Assembly: GCA_000934665.2 (NCBI GenBank)
Contig: KZ538187.1
Coordinates: 1-64,000 of the forward strand
Origin: Catajapyx aquilonaris
Lineage: Eukaryota
Reading direction: 5' to 3'
Length of the DNA stretch: 64,000 bases
Shown here in pieces: positions 11,351-23,814 of this stretch (positions are counted from its first letter, which is position 1; every line of letters starts with the position of its first letter). The position numbers and the translations under genes are program-made. Below the pieces are notes generated by a model, which was not told the DNA's origin, made no database searches, and saw nothing but the letters and a program-made list of their open reading frames with translations.

Positions 11351-13436
11351 ATGGCCCCGGGGTTCCTGTCCGTGGTGACGGTTGAGCCGGTCCTCTTCCT
11401 GTACATGCTGTCGTCCTTCTGGCAGTTCGCACTGTACCAGGACCTGGTGTACCAGAAGGTGTGTTCGTCTCGGTACGATGCAATAACGGTGTGCGCAGAC
11501 CTGCACAATGCGAGCAACGCAGAGGCGCTGAGCTGGGTCCAGGGGCAGACCTCGTACTGGTTCCTGGTCTGCAACGTGGCCCTGGTGCTGCCCTCCGTAC
11601 TCTGCGTGCTGTACCTGGGGGCATGGGGCGACAGGCACGGAGGGAGGAAGGCCACGCTGTACTGCGCACCGCTTGGTGGCCTGCTCAGCACAGCCGTGTA
11701 CATATGGATGGATCTGGACACAGGGGCGCACGTAGGGTGGGTCGTGCTGGCCAACTTTGCATCCGGAGCCTGTGGCGGGTTCGTCGCATCCATCATGACC
11801 TGCATGAGCTACGTAGCCGGGATCAGCGAGGAATCACAGAGGACTGTCAGGGTAAATATAATATGCTAAGCAAACTGTCCAACCCTAAAAATAAATCTAA
11901 CCGCAGATGACAAACCAAATCCGGTACTAACCTGCTTGAAATGTGGAGAAAGCTAATCTTAGCTCCGTCAATATTAGGGCTGGTCCAGATGATCTCCACT
12001 TACAAGTGTGAGGCTGATGTGTTTGTCCGAGGCAAATATTTGTCTTCATAACTGATAGCCCAAAATATCTTCTGTTCACTTACGGGATTTTGGCTGGGTG
12101 TAAATAGGAACAGTATTGTAAATGACAATGCTTTGAACAGTTTCGACCTTTTCGTACACTTGCAGGTCTCACGCCTTCAAGCAATGACGTTCACTGGTGG
12201 AATGTTGGGTTCATTTATAAGTGGCGCTCTCAAGCAACAGATTGGTAGCACCTGGTCATTTGCCATCCTAGCCGCTGACCATATCGTCAACATTGCATAC
12301 ATAACATGGGTTGTGCCGCAAGTGAATCCCTTGTCTGGCAGCAGAGAAGAGGACGAAGCTGAAGGCAGGAGGGCTTCATGCTGTGTCCGGTACTTCAGGT
12401 TAGGCCACCTGAAGGACGGAGTGCGGACTGTGATAAAGGCCAGGGGACAGGGGCAGCGTGTCTCAATCATTATGATGCTGCTCTGTCTCATTATTGTCTT
12501 GACAACCATTTCAGGTCAGTAAGGTTGGATTGAAATGTGTAACTGAACCCATCATATAAATATGGCATTTTCTTCATTCAGGTGAATCGGACATGACATT
12601 CTTGTTCATCAAGGATAAGCCACTTGCAGGAAGCTACGAAACATATTCATACTACATTGGATTCAAAAACGGGATGGGTGCTCTCATGCTTCTGGTGGGG
12701 ATGCCGCTTCTCAACAGATTTGCATTACACGATACCACCGTCTGCTGCATCGGGCTTGCGTCTCGGATTGCTGCTCTGGTCCTGCTCGGTCTCAGCACAA
12801 ACACCATCATGCTCTTTTTTGGTAAATGCGTGAGTTTTAAAAACTGTCATCAGCGAGACTAACCCTATGCCTTTTTTTACGTTTCAGTGCCAGTTCTGTC
12901 AATCTTTTCGGAAGTCAGTGTTCCATCCATCAGGTCCAATTTGTCCAAATTAGTATTACCCACAGAGCAAGCCAAAATATTTTCATTTGTGGCTGTGATT
13001 GAGGCCTTCAGTACTATCCTCGCATCAGCCATTTACAACAGTGCCTACCCAGCAACTCGCAGCTTTTTCAATGGTTGTATGTTTGAAGTTGCTGCGGGAG
13101 TTCTCCTACTTCCACTAGTCATTGTCAGGTGAGTGACTTTAACCTTAATTCTAATTGCATGCCGTCATGACCTGACACGACTTTTTTGCATGAAACTTTC
13201 AGGTGGGTAAATGTCAAATATCGAAAGGTAGTCCATTTTATGAACTTTGTGCTACCTGCTGGAATATGTTGTCTGCTTGTTGCATGGGAGTTTTATTTTT
13301 TTGTAATGGTTGAACAATGAAGTAATTACCTGCATTCATTTGCAGTTGGTTGTATCGGATCAGGGGCAACCCATATGAATCTCTGGAAATTGACACTGAA
13401 GAGACGTCAAGCAGTAGCGATAGTCAAGGTCATTAG
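11351..13436 (+). CDS. MFS transporter, SLC46 (proton-coupled folate transporter-like) family
   Basis: Exons 11351-11851, 12166-12514, 12582-12821, 12888-13128, 13346-13436. N-terminal VTVEPVLFLY, MFS motif A LGAWGDRHGGRK, SIRSNLSKLV..EQAKIF, multiple TM helices. Confidence 0.88.
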
Positions 13437-13869
13437 ACGCAGTGGAAGGAGAGTAATGATATTACAGCCAACAGAAATGTTCTTTGTAACATTCCACAGT
13501 TTTTAATGATGATTATTTTTATAATGAAATAAATCATTAATATCTACCATCGTCCACATCAATTTTTAGAGGGTGGTATGAAATCACAGGTTCATAATTA
13601 TCTGAACTAAACCAACATGTTGCTGCAGTGATTGGTGAGTGTTTTATAATTAGGTCAAAGTGGTCAGTGCTGCATTGTCACATTGTCAATTAAGCGCTTG
13701 CAGAATTTCCCTTATACTTGTACTAGTTCTATATGTAAATTTTATCGTCAATTATGTATAAAAGCTAAATTGTGCTTTTGAATGGCCATGTTTTGCTCCC
13801 CACATGTCACTGTGGTATCAGATGAGTAAATAAGCAAACACTAGTAACACTTGGATGTCTCACAGGTGC

Positions 13870-14600
13870 GAGTTGGACCAAGACCTGTTGGACAAACAGA
13901 ATGAAATGCTGAAGCCAAGGAAGAGAAGAAGCACTTGAGTCACAGGCTGGCACCTGCAGTCTTCTGATGGTAGTGAAGATCCATGTCAACTTTTCTGCTC
14001 TGTACAAGAACTGAGCAAGACACTGGCAAATGGATGGAGAAAGCATACTTGTCAATTCATGACGAATCGGCCTGGGAAGGTAACTGTACATTTTCCTATT
14101 TCTTTTTCAAACTTTGATTCAGCCTTCTGCAGGGAAGATTTCACAATGCTCTCTCCTAAACCAGTGTTGATTAAATTCTGTGACTCAAGGATGTATGTGA
14201 GTGGAGCACTGACTATCAGCTCCATGAGGCACCTCAGAATAATTTTTGCTTTTTTTCTCTATGAAGTTGATAACAAATTTTTCGAACTAATCTTTTCGAC
14301 TAATCTTGATTGTTAGAACAACCACCAATATGACATATTTTACATGTAACAAGGAGTTTCAGGTCCATACAGGGTAGAAGATTCAGGGGAGACAGCTGCA
14401 TGTCAGTCACCTTCCAGCCTATGACAGCAGTCCTTCGTTGGTGGGCTTTACAGAAAAAATGCTGCTGGATGTAATGAGGACAGGAATGGGTGCCGTTCCA
14501 CACACCCATGTGCTTACTCATTTTTGCTGCCATTTTGGATGCAAGAAGCTTGCCAGTTGTTTCATGGAGAATGTGTTATGTATGAGGGCCAGTTAGAAAA
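13870..14600 (-). pseudogene. Possible heavily degraded hAT-type transposase remnant
   Basis: Frameshifted fragments resembling the DGA.xM.GKHxGV motif (AAKMSKHMGV) and the downstream HPFLxSLH segment. Many stops. Confidence 0.3.
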
Positions 14601-15826
14601 TAAGTTTTGGTATGCTACAGTTTCAATGCCATGTGATGGACAGGGTATAGAAGCGAATCAGCAGGTACGTCGAACCATTCGGTACATGGCATTTTCAAGG
14701 TGTGCAATTCGCACACCTTGAAAATGTAAACAGTGGGGCTCTGTGTTTGTGTAAGTAAAATAGGGACCTACTGGCACATCTCACAGACTTCTTTTAGACT
14801 TTTTCTCTTAAAAAAAAAAGTCTTATAAAATGGCTATGTACTGGCTGTCTGTGGACAGGTATCAGGGTCCAAACCGCAAGAGATAGCGATGAACAGTTTT
14901 TGGATTCTGATTAATCGGGCCCTAAATAGGATTCATGGTCAACTTCCGGTGACTGGCCACTTCTGGTTTTCCAGGTTCACTCGACCGGCCAAGGTCAAGT
15001 CGCCAGGCGGGTATCCTTGGCTGCCTTGGACACGGAAAATAAGACTGACAACCAATGACGACATTCCATGTTGTTGTTGTCCTATATGAATTTCTGTGAC
15101 AGAGAAAAAGTCTACTCGAATCATGCTTGCATGATTTTCCAGTCGTGTTTGAGTGAGGACCTATAACTTGATTCCATTGATGACATGCATGTGAATTTAT
15201 TCTGCCATTACCGGAGATGATGTCTCAAAATGGTTGGCAATACATATGCCGGTACGTGTTTAAAGCTATTTATTTATTTTAAGCAAAATTTCAAACATTG
15301 CTAATATCCTAGTCTAATATTCAGTCTGCAAGGTATTTTTTTAAAGAAATTCATTCCAATAACTATGGTATAACTTCATTATTTGCCTTAAACGGCCAAC
15401 TTGCCAACCATGTAACCAAAATGTATTATAGGTGTGATGTCAATGCCAAATGTCAATAGTTTTGGTTACATGTTTTTATGTTGGTTTTATGGGTTGGGCC
15501 TCTATTAAACATGCCTCCTGCCCTGGACCTCAGACAAGCTCTGCATGGCCCTGCCCACCCACCCGCTTATAGTATTGCTGTCGTTCATGAACTTTTAGCA
15601 TTGTTTTGGCTATTTCCCTGCCTCTCCTTCTCTTTCTCCTCCTTTTCTCTTTCACTTTCCCCTTTCACACCCACCCCTTTGGTTGGCGCCACTGAGTTGG
15701 CTCGTCTTCACCCTGTATGTCCCATGGCATTGAAACTGCAGCAATGCGACTTATTTTCCGACCTACCAGTATTAATAATATGAATAAAAAATTCTAGTGC
15801 ATCCATAATTTCTGGGGGAAATTTTC

Positions 15827-16516
15827 GTGTGACCTTGGAATCCATTTTTCGACCTTGAACATCATTTTCTGACCTTTGATATTATCTTTTTTTTCAATTT
15901 TAGTTATTTCTGGAAAATAAATTTTGTGTGACCTTGGAATCCATTTTTCGACCTTGAAAATTACTTTTTAGTTTTCAATTTTCGTTATTTCTGGAAAATA
16001 CATTTTGTGTGACCTTGGAATCCATTTTTCGACCTTGAAAATTACTTTTTTAGTTTTCAATTTTCGTTATTTCTGGAAAATACATTTTGTGTGACCTTGG
16101 AATCCATTTTTCGACCTTGAAAATCACTTTTTTAGTTTTTAATTTTCGTTATTTCTGGAAAATAAATTTCTTGCTGTGACCTTGGAATCCATTTTTCGAC
16201 CTTGAAAATCACTTTTTTTAATTTTCAATTTTTGTTATTTCTGGAAAATAAATTTTGTGTGACCTTGGAATCCATTTTTCGACCTTGAACATCACTTTTT
16301 TAGTTTTCAATTTTCGTTATTTCTGGAAAATAAATTTTGTGTGACCTTGGAATCCATTTTTCGACCTTGAAAATCACTTTTTTAGTTTTCAATTTTCGTT
16401 ATTTCTGGAAAATAAATTTTGTGTGACCTTGGAATCCATTTTTCGACCTTGAAAATCACTTTTTTAGTTTTCAATTTTCGTTATTTCTAGAAAATAAATT
16501 TTGTGTGACCTTGGAA
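15827..16516. repeat. Minisatellite, ~82-bp unit, ~8 copies plus a partial copy
   Basis: Unit gtgtgaccttggaatccatttttcgaccttgaaaatcacttttttagttttcaattttcgttatttctggaaaataaatttt recurs near 15827, 15926, 16007, 16089, 16176, 16258, 16340, 16422, 16503. Confidence 0.95.
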
Positions 16517-16875
16517 TTCATCATCCCTAACTGGAGACCACTCTGGATGCCATAGGTTGGCTGAAAATCTCTCATATGTTTCCCATGGGAATGGAAGAAT
16601 TAACATATTGAATCAATGGTAGAAGAGTTGCGATGGTCACCTTCGCAATGCTGATCATTGCTGTTTTGTCCACTTAGTCGATGCTCCTGTACAAAGTTAT
16701 TGATTACTGGTACTGATAATTATTAAATGCATGTTTTAAAACAATGAGGTTCAATAAAGTTATTAAGATTCAAGAGTCAGGCAACATAGTCAGTGTCTTT
16801 GTCAGTTTATTCCAGTATTCTACATGATCCAGTAAGTGCAGTGCGATTCCCCATTTATCCTCCATTCATGCATGA

Positions 16876-19865
16876 CTACTGACTGTCATCAGCTTTTGAT
16901 GGAGGTATGCTCAGCATCATGCTCTTCCACGACAAGCGAAACTGTTTTAGTGTCATCAAGTCCTGAAGCTGAGCCTGGAAAAGAAAAGGGGGTCTCAGTT
17001 ACACACACAATTTCACATAAACATTTCCATATGCATACTTACTAGGGGAGTCTTCCTGTCATAGCTCACTGCCCTTCTTTTGTATATCGATGGACATGAG
17101 AAGTCAATGCTTCTCTTCATTGCTTCCACCCTAGGGCTCTTCAGCTCACTACCAAGAGCAACTAGGCCATTTAGCAAGGCTCGGCTTGATTCCGGGCTCA
17201 GGTCAGGAGGTGGCTCGCCATCACATAAGGTTGCCAAGCAGCGGTAGATGGCACGATAGTCCACACCACCTGACTCCTCTACAGATGGGATTTTTCCAAA
17301 CGTGGCATAAGCACGCAGGGTGTCTGACAGTACACCTGCTTCATCCACGTAAGAACACTCTTCTGCATGAAACAGTGCCGCAAGCCATTGATCTATCACA
17401 GGCTTCGTCTTGAACTGTGAAGCAAGCAATTATTACAATTAAAATATAGTTCAACTATAAAAAATGTCATCCTTTCATTCAAACAAATTGCCCAATTGCT
17501 AGATCAGCAGTTCCCAAACTGTGTTCTGCGGAACCCCAGGATGCCGCACCACAGCAAAAATGTCATTCAAGTAGCAAACAAGGAATACATCACGATCACG
17601 TCATTTGGTTCCTAGGACCTAGAACTCAGCACGAAGGTAGCACAGCAGCATATCTCCAAATAACATTGTCCGACCGTATTCATATGATCTCAGACTACAT
17701 TAAAGAGGAATTAATTCAGAGGCTGAAAGTTTGAGAAGGGTTTTCAATGCAACTGGACGAGAGTACTGACTTACGATATTTCTTGTTTTATGAGGCCTTT
17801 GTAGACCAATGCAATCAGGGAAGAAATTTTAAAAATCATCAATTGTTACATGCATAAACTGTGTCTTGATTCATGAACATTTGCAGCAATAGAGCTGTAG
17901 TGATGGTATAGGGAAATTGAAAGGGTTGGTATCAAGAGTTTCAAAATGTAGCGCCAAGTTGTACAGTACCAGCAGCCATTGCATCTTGCACTGGCATGCC
18001 CTGGTGGCAAAGAACATTACAGGTGACTTAAGGGCACCGGATACCTCTGCGATTTCTCAGAATTGTGGGCCAAGTTTGGCCGAGTCACTGTGCAGCGTTT
18101 TCTTTGCACAGCTGATGCAGGGATCTCGCTGGAGGTACGGAACTGAAATTTTCACAGTATGGCAAGGAAGGCCAATTGAGCCCCTGATGGAGTTTCGAAC
18201 CATTTGAATAATAATTGCGTGATCTACGAGGGAAGGAGTTTTTGAAAAAAGGCTCATGACATCGTGGCTCCGGATTCGAATTTGGGAAATATCTAGAAGG
18301 TGAGTGATGGCAAATGAATAATTCCTCTCTTACTCCTCCAAAGCGCAATTAATTGGGGCTATTGGTGTTTGCTCAGCTATTAAAAGCGTTTCACCACCTC
18401 ACCTCATAAAATCGGCAGAGAACTTTCAAATGTAGAACAGTTGGTTCTTGTCTAGGTTGCCAGGTTCAGGCTAAATCATTTAAAAAGCACATGGGCAACA
18501 GGAAACCAACTGTTCTATTTTCAGAAGTACTCCCTCCAATTTTACCCGGTGCGATGGTCAACGGTTTTAATTTCTGTGTGCAAGGAAATTTCTGGCCAGG
18601 CATCTTGAGACATGCTCTGGTTTTTTTCCTAGGGAGGACTTTTCCACTCCTAGCAAACATGCCTAATTTTTACACAACCTTAAATGGCTAATTGGATGTG
18701 CTTACCTCGCCGACATATTTAGGAAACTTGATGAGGGGTTCCCTGACCAGAAAGGTTTGGGGGTCACTCACCTGTTGTAGACTTCTTGCCTGATGTTTCT
18801 GATAATTCTTCTCAACAAAAATGGAAACGGCTGCCTCAGTCTTGTTTCCCATAAAGTTGGCAAGTTCTCGATGTTTGTGCATCCCATACTTCTTCAAGCC
18901 TTCCACCAATTTCAGCTTATCCTCATTGGTCCAAGTGTAAGTAACCTCCGCCCTCCTCCTGCTCCACTTCAGTGCTCGCTTCGAGTTCATACCTGCAAAG
19001 AGTTGCAATCTTTAATCCAAATCTTGGACGTCTTGCGCAATTGAAAAACTCATGCACTGAGAGAGGAATGTCAATGTTGGTTCAGGCAGAGGATCAGGCC
19101 TCCACCTCCATGGGTTGCTCCAAGCCCCTTTGAGTCTCGGTGCAACAAGTTGCCAAGAACATCAATTTTATTTAAATAATGCTTTGGCTACAGGGCCTCA
19201 AAAAATGTGACAGTTTTTAGCTCTAGGCATGAAACACTCAAAATGTGGCTCACCTTGGTTATAGTAGACTGATTTCCACTGTCCTTTGAAGTCTGTTATA
19301 CCCAGAGTCTAAAGTGCTAGCAATGCTTCTCTAATGGCCACACATTTTGCTACTCTCAAGGTTGTTGTCACAACTGAATCGCGGAAATCAATGAGTGATA
19401 TTGGTATTCATGGAAAGATTTGGCTTAACTGTTGACATGTGTTACTTGAATGATGAATGAACTGCAGGCACAAACTGCTCTATGTCTGAGGTGCCACTCA
19501 CTGATCAAGTAGCGAGTGTCGACCCACCCAGTTTCGCCACCACTATTCGTCCCACTAAAAAAATCTTGTTCAACCCAGCAAAATCCCTGGTCAAATCTTT
19601 ATCCCTATTTTCAAGCACCTTTGTTTCATTTTGTTACCAACTTGACATAATCCTCCCAAAACTACCATGCAAGAGTGTCAGCTTGAGCCCAGCCTCTTAT
19701 TCTGACCCCCCGTACCTGACCGATCCACACATTTGGTCCGTTACACTTTCTGCAGGAGTCTGCTGCACCTCCTCCTCAATTTAGCGATGCGACGACCAGA
19801 TATTTACCCGAGTACAAGGCAGAGCGGCTTCCTCCTCGACGATTCTCCGACACCGGAGGCGCCAT
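16876..19865 (-). CDS. SNAPC2/SNAP45-like protein with N-terminal SANT/Myb-like repeat (~249 aa)
   Basis: Exons 19865-19808, 18992-18772, 17414-17043, 16974-16876 join in frame (750 nt). Contains MAPP..RR..LYSG, WTNEDKLKLVEGLKKYG (SANT), PVIDQW and VDYRAIYRCLATLCDGEPPPDLSPESSRALL, which resemble vertebrate SNAPC2 segments as I recall them. Confidence 0.65.
17505..18300 (+). mobile_element. Degraded hAT (Buster/Charlie-like) transposon remnant in an intron of the SNAPC2-like gene
   Basis: Terminus cagcagttcccaaactgtg. Transposase fragments FSMQLDESTD and HCILHWHALVAK with stops and frameshifts. Right boundary approximate. Confidence 0.7.
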
Positions 19866-19938
19866 GTTGGTCCTTTGTCCTTTGTCGCTATTTCCAACCG
19901 TGGACGCCAGGGGCTGAACAACTCAACAGGTGCCGGTC

Positions 19939-20160
19939 TACGCATGCGTTTGAATTGCTATCCACGCCCTGATTGGCTGATTCTTACACACCTTGCATGT
20001 GCAAACAGTACAATCAGGGTGACATGTATTTCCTGAAGTGTACAGTGCACCTTGATGCTGTTGGCCGACTTGTCATAGCCAATCAAATGGCCGGAATTGA
20101 ATAGAGCTCAAAGATGGCGGACCTAAGACCTAGCTTCTGAATGGCTGTACGCATGCGTGT
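19939..20160. promoter_or_regulatory. Housekeeping-type promoter of the SNAPC2-like gene
   Basis: Two acgcatgcgt (NRF1/EWG-like) palindromes, CCAAT boxes (gattggc, gccaatc) and YY1-like aagatggcgg. Confidence 0.55.
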
Positions 20161-20363
20161 ACTGGAAGGCGGTAATTTCATATCTGGAATTAATTTTGAC
20201 CACATTTTGAGGATTTGACCACATAATGAGGATGGTTGCAGGTTCAGATCGACTCATCCGGATTTATAACTTATTTTAATATCACTAATACTGACACAGC
20301 ACACATGTAAAAGTAGCCGAGTGTTATAAAACAACACAAACAATGTCCGCTGCCCCTATCTAT

Positions 20364-23300
20364 CTACTTCTGCTGGTCACAAAACCTGAAGCCTTTTCCC
20401 ATGCAGGCTGCGTAGCCAATGGCATGCGGGATGTAGTTCTCCTCAACGACTCCACTGAACAGGTGGGACTGCGGGCCGGTTGCGAAGATGGCGACGTCGT
20501 CTCCACCGTGGGTTTCTGACCTCAAGGGTGAAGTTGCAGGAAACCTGTACTCCTTGTCGTCTGTCAAGTACAGCAAAAGTCAGGCACAGTAACTGGAACC
20601 ATCACAATTTTAATTTAATCACAAACGGTCATACCCATCTGATCTTCTCCGATGTCATGGCGCTCCCCATCAGACGAGGGCCTTTTGTAACCTGGCCCAT
20701 TCGCATAGGATAAGGTTGAATACGGAAGGTCGTCCATATTTGAATATCCTGCCATTCCTAGGATGTCATGTCCTCTGTCTGGGTAGCCACCTATGGTCAT
20801 AGTGTGTGCATGGTCGGCCGTCACAAGAATCAGTGTGTCCGCTGCATTAGTAAGCTCCATGGCCACTTTCACAGCTTCTTCAAACTGCAGAGTCTCCTCC
20901 AGGGCTTTGCGAGGCTTGGACTCGTGGTGTGCATGGTCAATCCTACCACCTGGTTCGATAAATCACAAACAATCTGCTCATGAAAATGTCTACAAACCCA
21001 GAATAATTCACTCCTCCTGAAATGTTAAAAAGTGAAGAAAAAAAAGGAACTGGCAATGAACATTGTTATGAAATTATTCACATTTTTCTCTTTTCCACAT
21101 TTCAACTGAGCACATTTTCAAGGTGAGCAAATTACTAGCTGGGTTCAAACAAGTAAATTCACTGACCTCTTGAAAATGCTTAACTTTGGTCAAACTCACC
21201 TTCAACAAAAAGGAAAAATCCCCTGGGCTGCTTCCTGAGCACCTCAATTGCCATCCTGGTCATTTCTGCCAAAGTTGGCTTTGTTTGTGGATCAGCGTCC
21301 AAGAAATACTCCATATTGGTCCAGTCAAAAAGTCCTAGGAGATAGTCCGTCCTCAAGGGATCCACTCTAAGCAGGTTGTCCCTGTCCCAAACATAAGCGT
21401 GTGTTGCGTTTCTCTTGCGTTTGTCCTCCTGCCAAGCGGATATGAGGTTCTTCCCATCCCTTCTCCTTCCATATGCCCTGTACTCAACGTCCAGCTCAGT
21501 GTTAGGCATCAGCTCTCGTCTGCCCCCTCCCAGGATGACTCTTATGTTGGCTCCAGGCTCTTTTTCTACAAGCTGCTCAGCTATATCGTGGCAGAAGTCA
21601 GGGTCTTGACGGTCATTGCGGATGGCACCGTCGTTTTCCCAGCTGCGACGGGCAACGTGAGCATAGCAGCCTGCAGGACTGGCATGGGTCACACGAGTCG
21701 TTGTCACCACACCTGTCCACTTTCCAGCATCCTGCAATTGTTCAAGCGTGAACTATAAATTTCACAGGCCTGTCAATAACCTTCATCAGTTGAATTCAAT
21801 TTGCCAAAAAAATTTCATAGCATTGTATGTTGAAATTGTGCCGGTTTCACTTATTTGAGAGGCATTTTAAACTGTCAGCAGGAATTATTCATTAGTGCCA
21901 GAAATTTTACAACTATTAAATGTATCAAACATCACTTCCTCTGGTAAGACATTAATTTAGGCCTACATGTGTCATAATAAAAACAAAAGGGGAATTAAAA
22001 ATAAGCTTCCTTTAACAACTGACTCTACTTGTAGAGAAAGTGAATCACCATGGAAAGTGGTAATTAATAAAAATAAATGAGCAACTGGGAAGCACTACCT
22101 GTCAACCGGACTTCACTTTCATTTCACATATGACAAGTGATAAAGCGATTTTTTTAAGCATGCAGCCTACCAGTTGAACGGCTTGCTCTAAAAGGTTGTA
22201 AAACATATAATCAACCTACCTGTGCAGACTTGAGAATTGAGTCCACATGATTGTCAGGGTCCATCATGCCCTCACAGTCTCCGACGGTGACTTTGGGTGA
22301 CACACCAATAGTCCCCATGTTGGCTTTAACACCTCCCAAATAAGCCGTGGCTGTGCAGGCTGAATCTGCTACCTGGCTGTCTACGCAATAGGTCTGTAAC
22401 AACAATACAAGTGAGGTGATGACATAACTCATTATATTCAAATCCCACCTTTGACAGTGCCACATGCGGAAACTTCTCAAACTCCAGTTCCACTTCCTCT
22501 CCATTCCTCAGCCCTGACTTCTGACCCTTGTAAATCCTGGCAGCGGTCAGTGTCGGTATGGACATCCCATCACCCATGAAGAAGATGACATTTCTGGCCG
22601 GCCTGTTGGTAATGTCCCTATGCCGCAACCTCTTGACCAACTGCTGCTGTCCCACATCATTCCAATAAGATGCAGCTGTAGGAAGTGCACAACCAAAACA
22701 AGCCAGATTTCACTCTCTTCCAAGCAACAAACGAGACTGGTCTGACCCAGAAATGCAAAACACACACATATACATTACAAAAAAAAGAGGAAAAAAACCA
22801 TCTTCGTGCATTACCTTCCTCCAGCCCTTGCCTCACAGTACCCCGTAGGTCCTTCCCTATATCCGGATGGACGAACGAATCTCCTTGGAAAAAAAGTTTT
22901 TGCTTTCACTCATGTTGCTTTCCCAGGAATGTTTGGGGAATTAAAAGTGGGCCAATGATGGGAGGATGGATGACCCATAGTCGAAGACGACAGTTATAAG
23001 CAGAAGGAGAGGAGTCAGTTGACATACTCTACATTTGTGCCTATACTTTTCTTTTTTACCTTCTTCCTCAATAGAGAGAGAGAGAAAGCTACCGGTCAGC
23101 TAAAAGAAAGTGTATTGCAGTCTGTATAATCGTCGAAGTAATTCTTGACCGGTAGAAACAAAAGTCGGAAGTCTACGTCTAAAAGGTGCAAAAACTCTGA
23201 CGTAAAAATCATTCGCATCATAATTTCACGCTGGAAATAATGTCAAAAATTATTCAGCTTCGTAACTTATTAGTTTCTAATAATATTAAGGCAAATCAAA

Positions 23301-23814
23301 TCAACAGCACTTGCTGTCTGTCACACACCGCCCACAAAAATTTATGGCTCTCACTCTCACTGCAAATTATAATAATCGCCTCCATATTTGCCAATATGTA
23401 GCGAAATAACGTGTGTCTTATTACATTACAAAATATTCTTTAAACAAAATTATTCTTTAGAGTTCCAAGTTGTTGATTGCTAATTAATGGAATGATGAGA
23501 TGTCATTATCAACTTTTCCTAGTGTAATTAGCAAAATACACGAATGCAAATAATTTCAACGTCACTGTTCCCGGAAGATGAAGTATGGCGCCTCTAATAC
23601 GAGAACACACCGGAAGTACCACCGATTGGTCACATGTGCCGCTTCCGGTGCCATCTCGATTCAGATGCTCCACAGAAGAGGAAAAGAGGGGAAAAGGGAA
23701 AGAAGAATATTGTATATAGTTACCTCTTCCGGACACCACGTCCCTGAGAGGCGGAAGGGCGGCTGCGGAGAGAAGGAGAGCCCAACACCAGAAGAGCATG
23801 CTGGACACGACCAT
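20364..23814 (-). CDS. Alkaline phosphatase (secretory pathway)
   Basis: Exons 23814-23724 (signal peptide), 22883-22815, 22675-22449, 22393-22220, 21731-21200, 20949-20635, 20560-20364. Motifs NVIFFMGDGM, DSACTATAYLGGVK (catalytic Ser), THASPAG, FVEGGRIDHAHH, VTADHAH, ETHGGDDV. Confidence 0.95.

Noticed and set aside
11324..11910. Several long overlapping antisense or alternate-frame ORFs
   Set aside because: Shadows of the GC-rich first exon of the SLC46-like gene.
14889..15124. Possible THAP-domain remnant
   Set aside because: Similarity too weak and needs several frameshifts.
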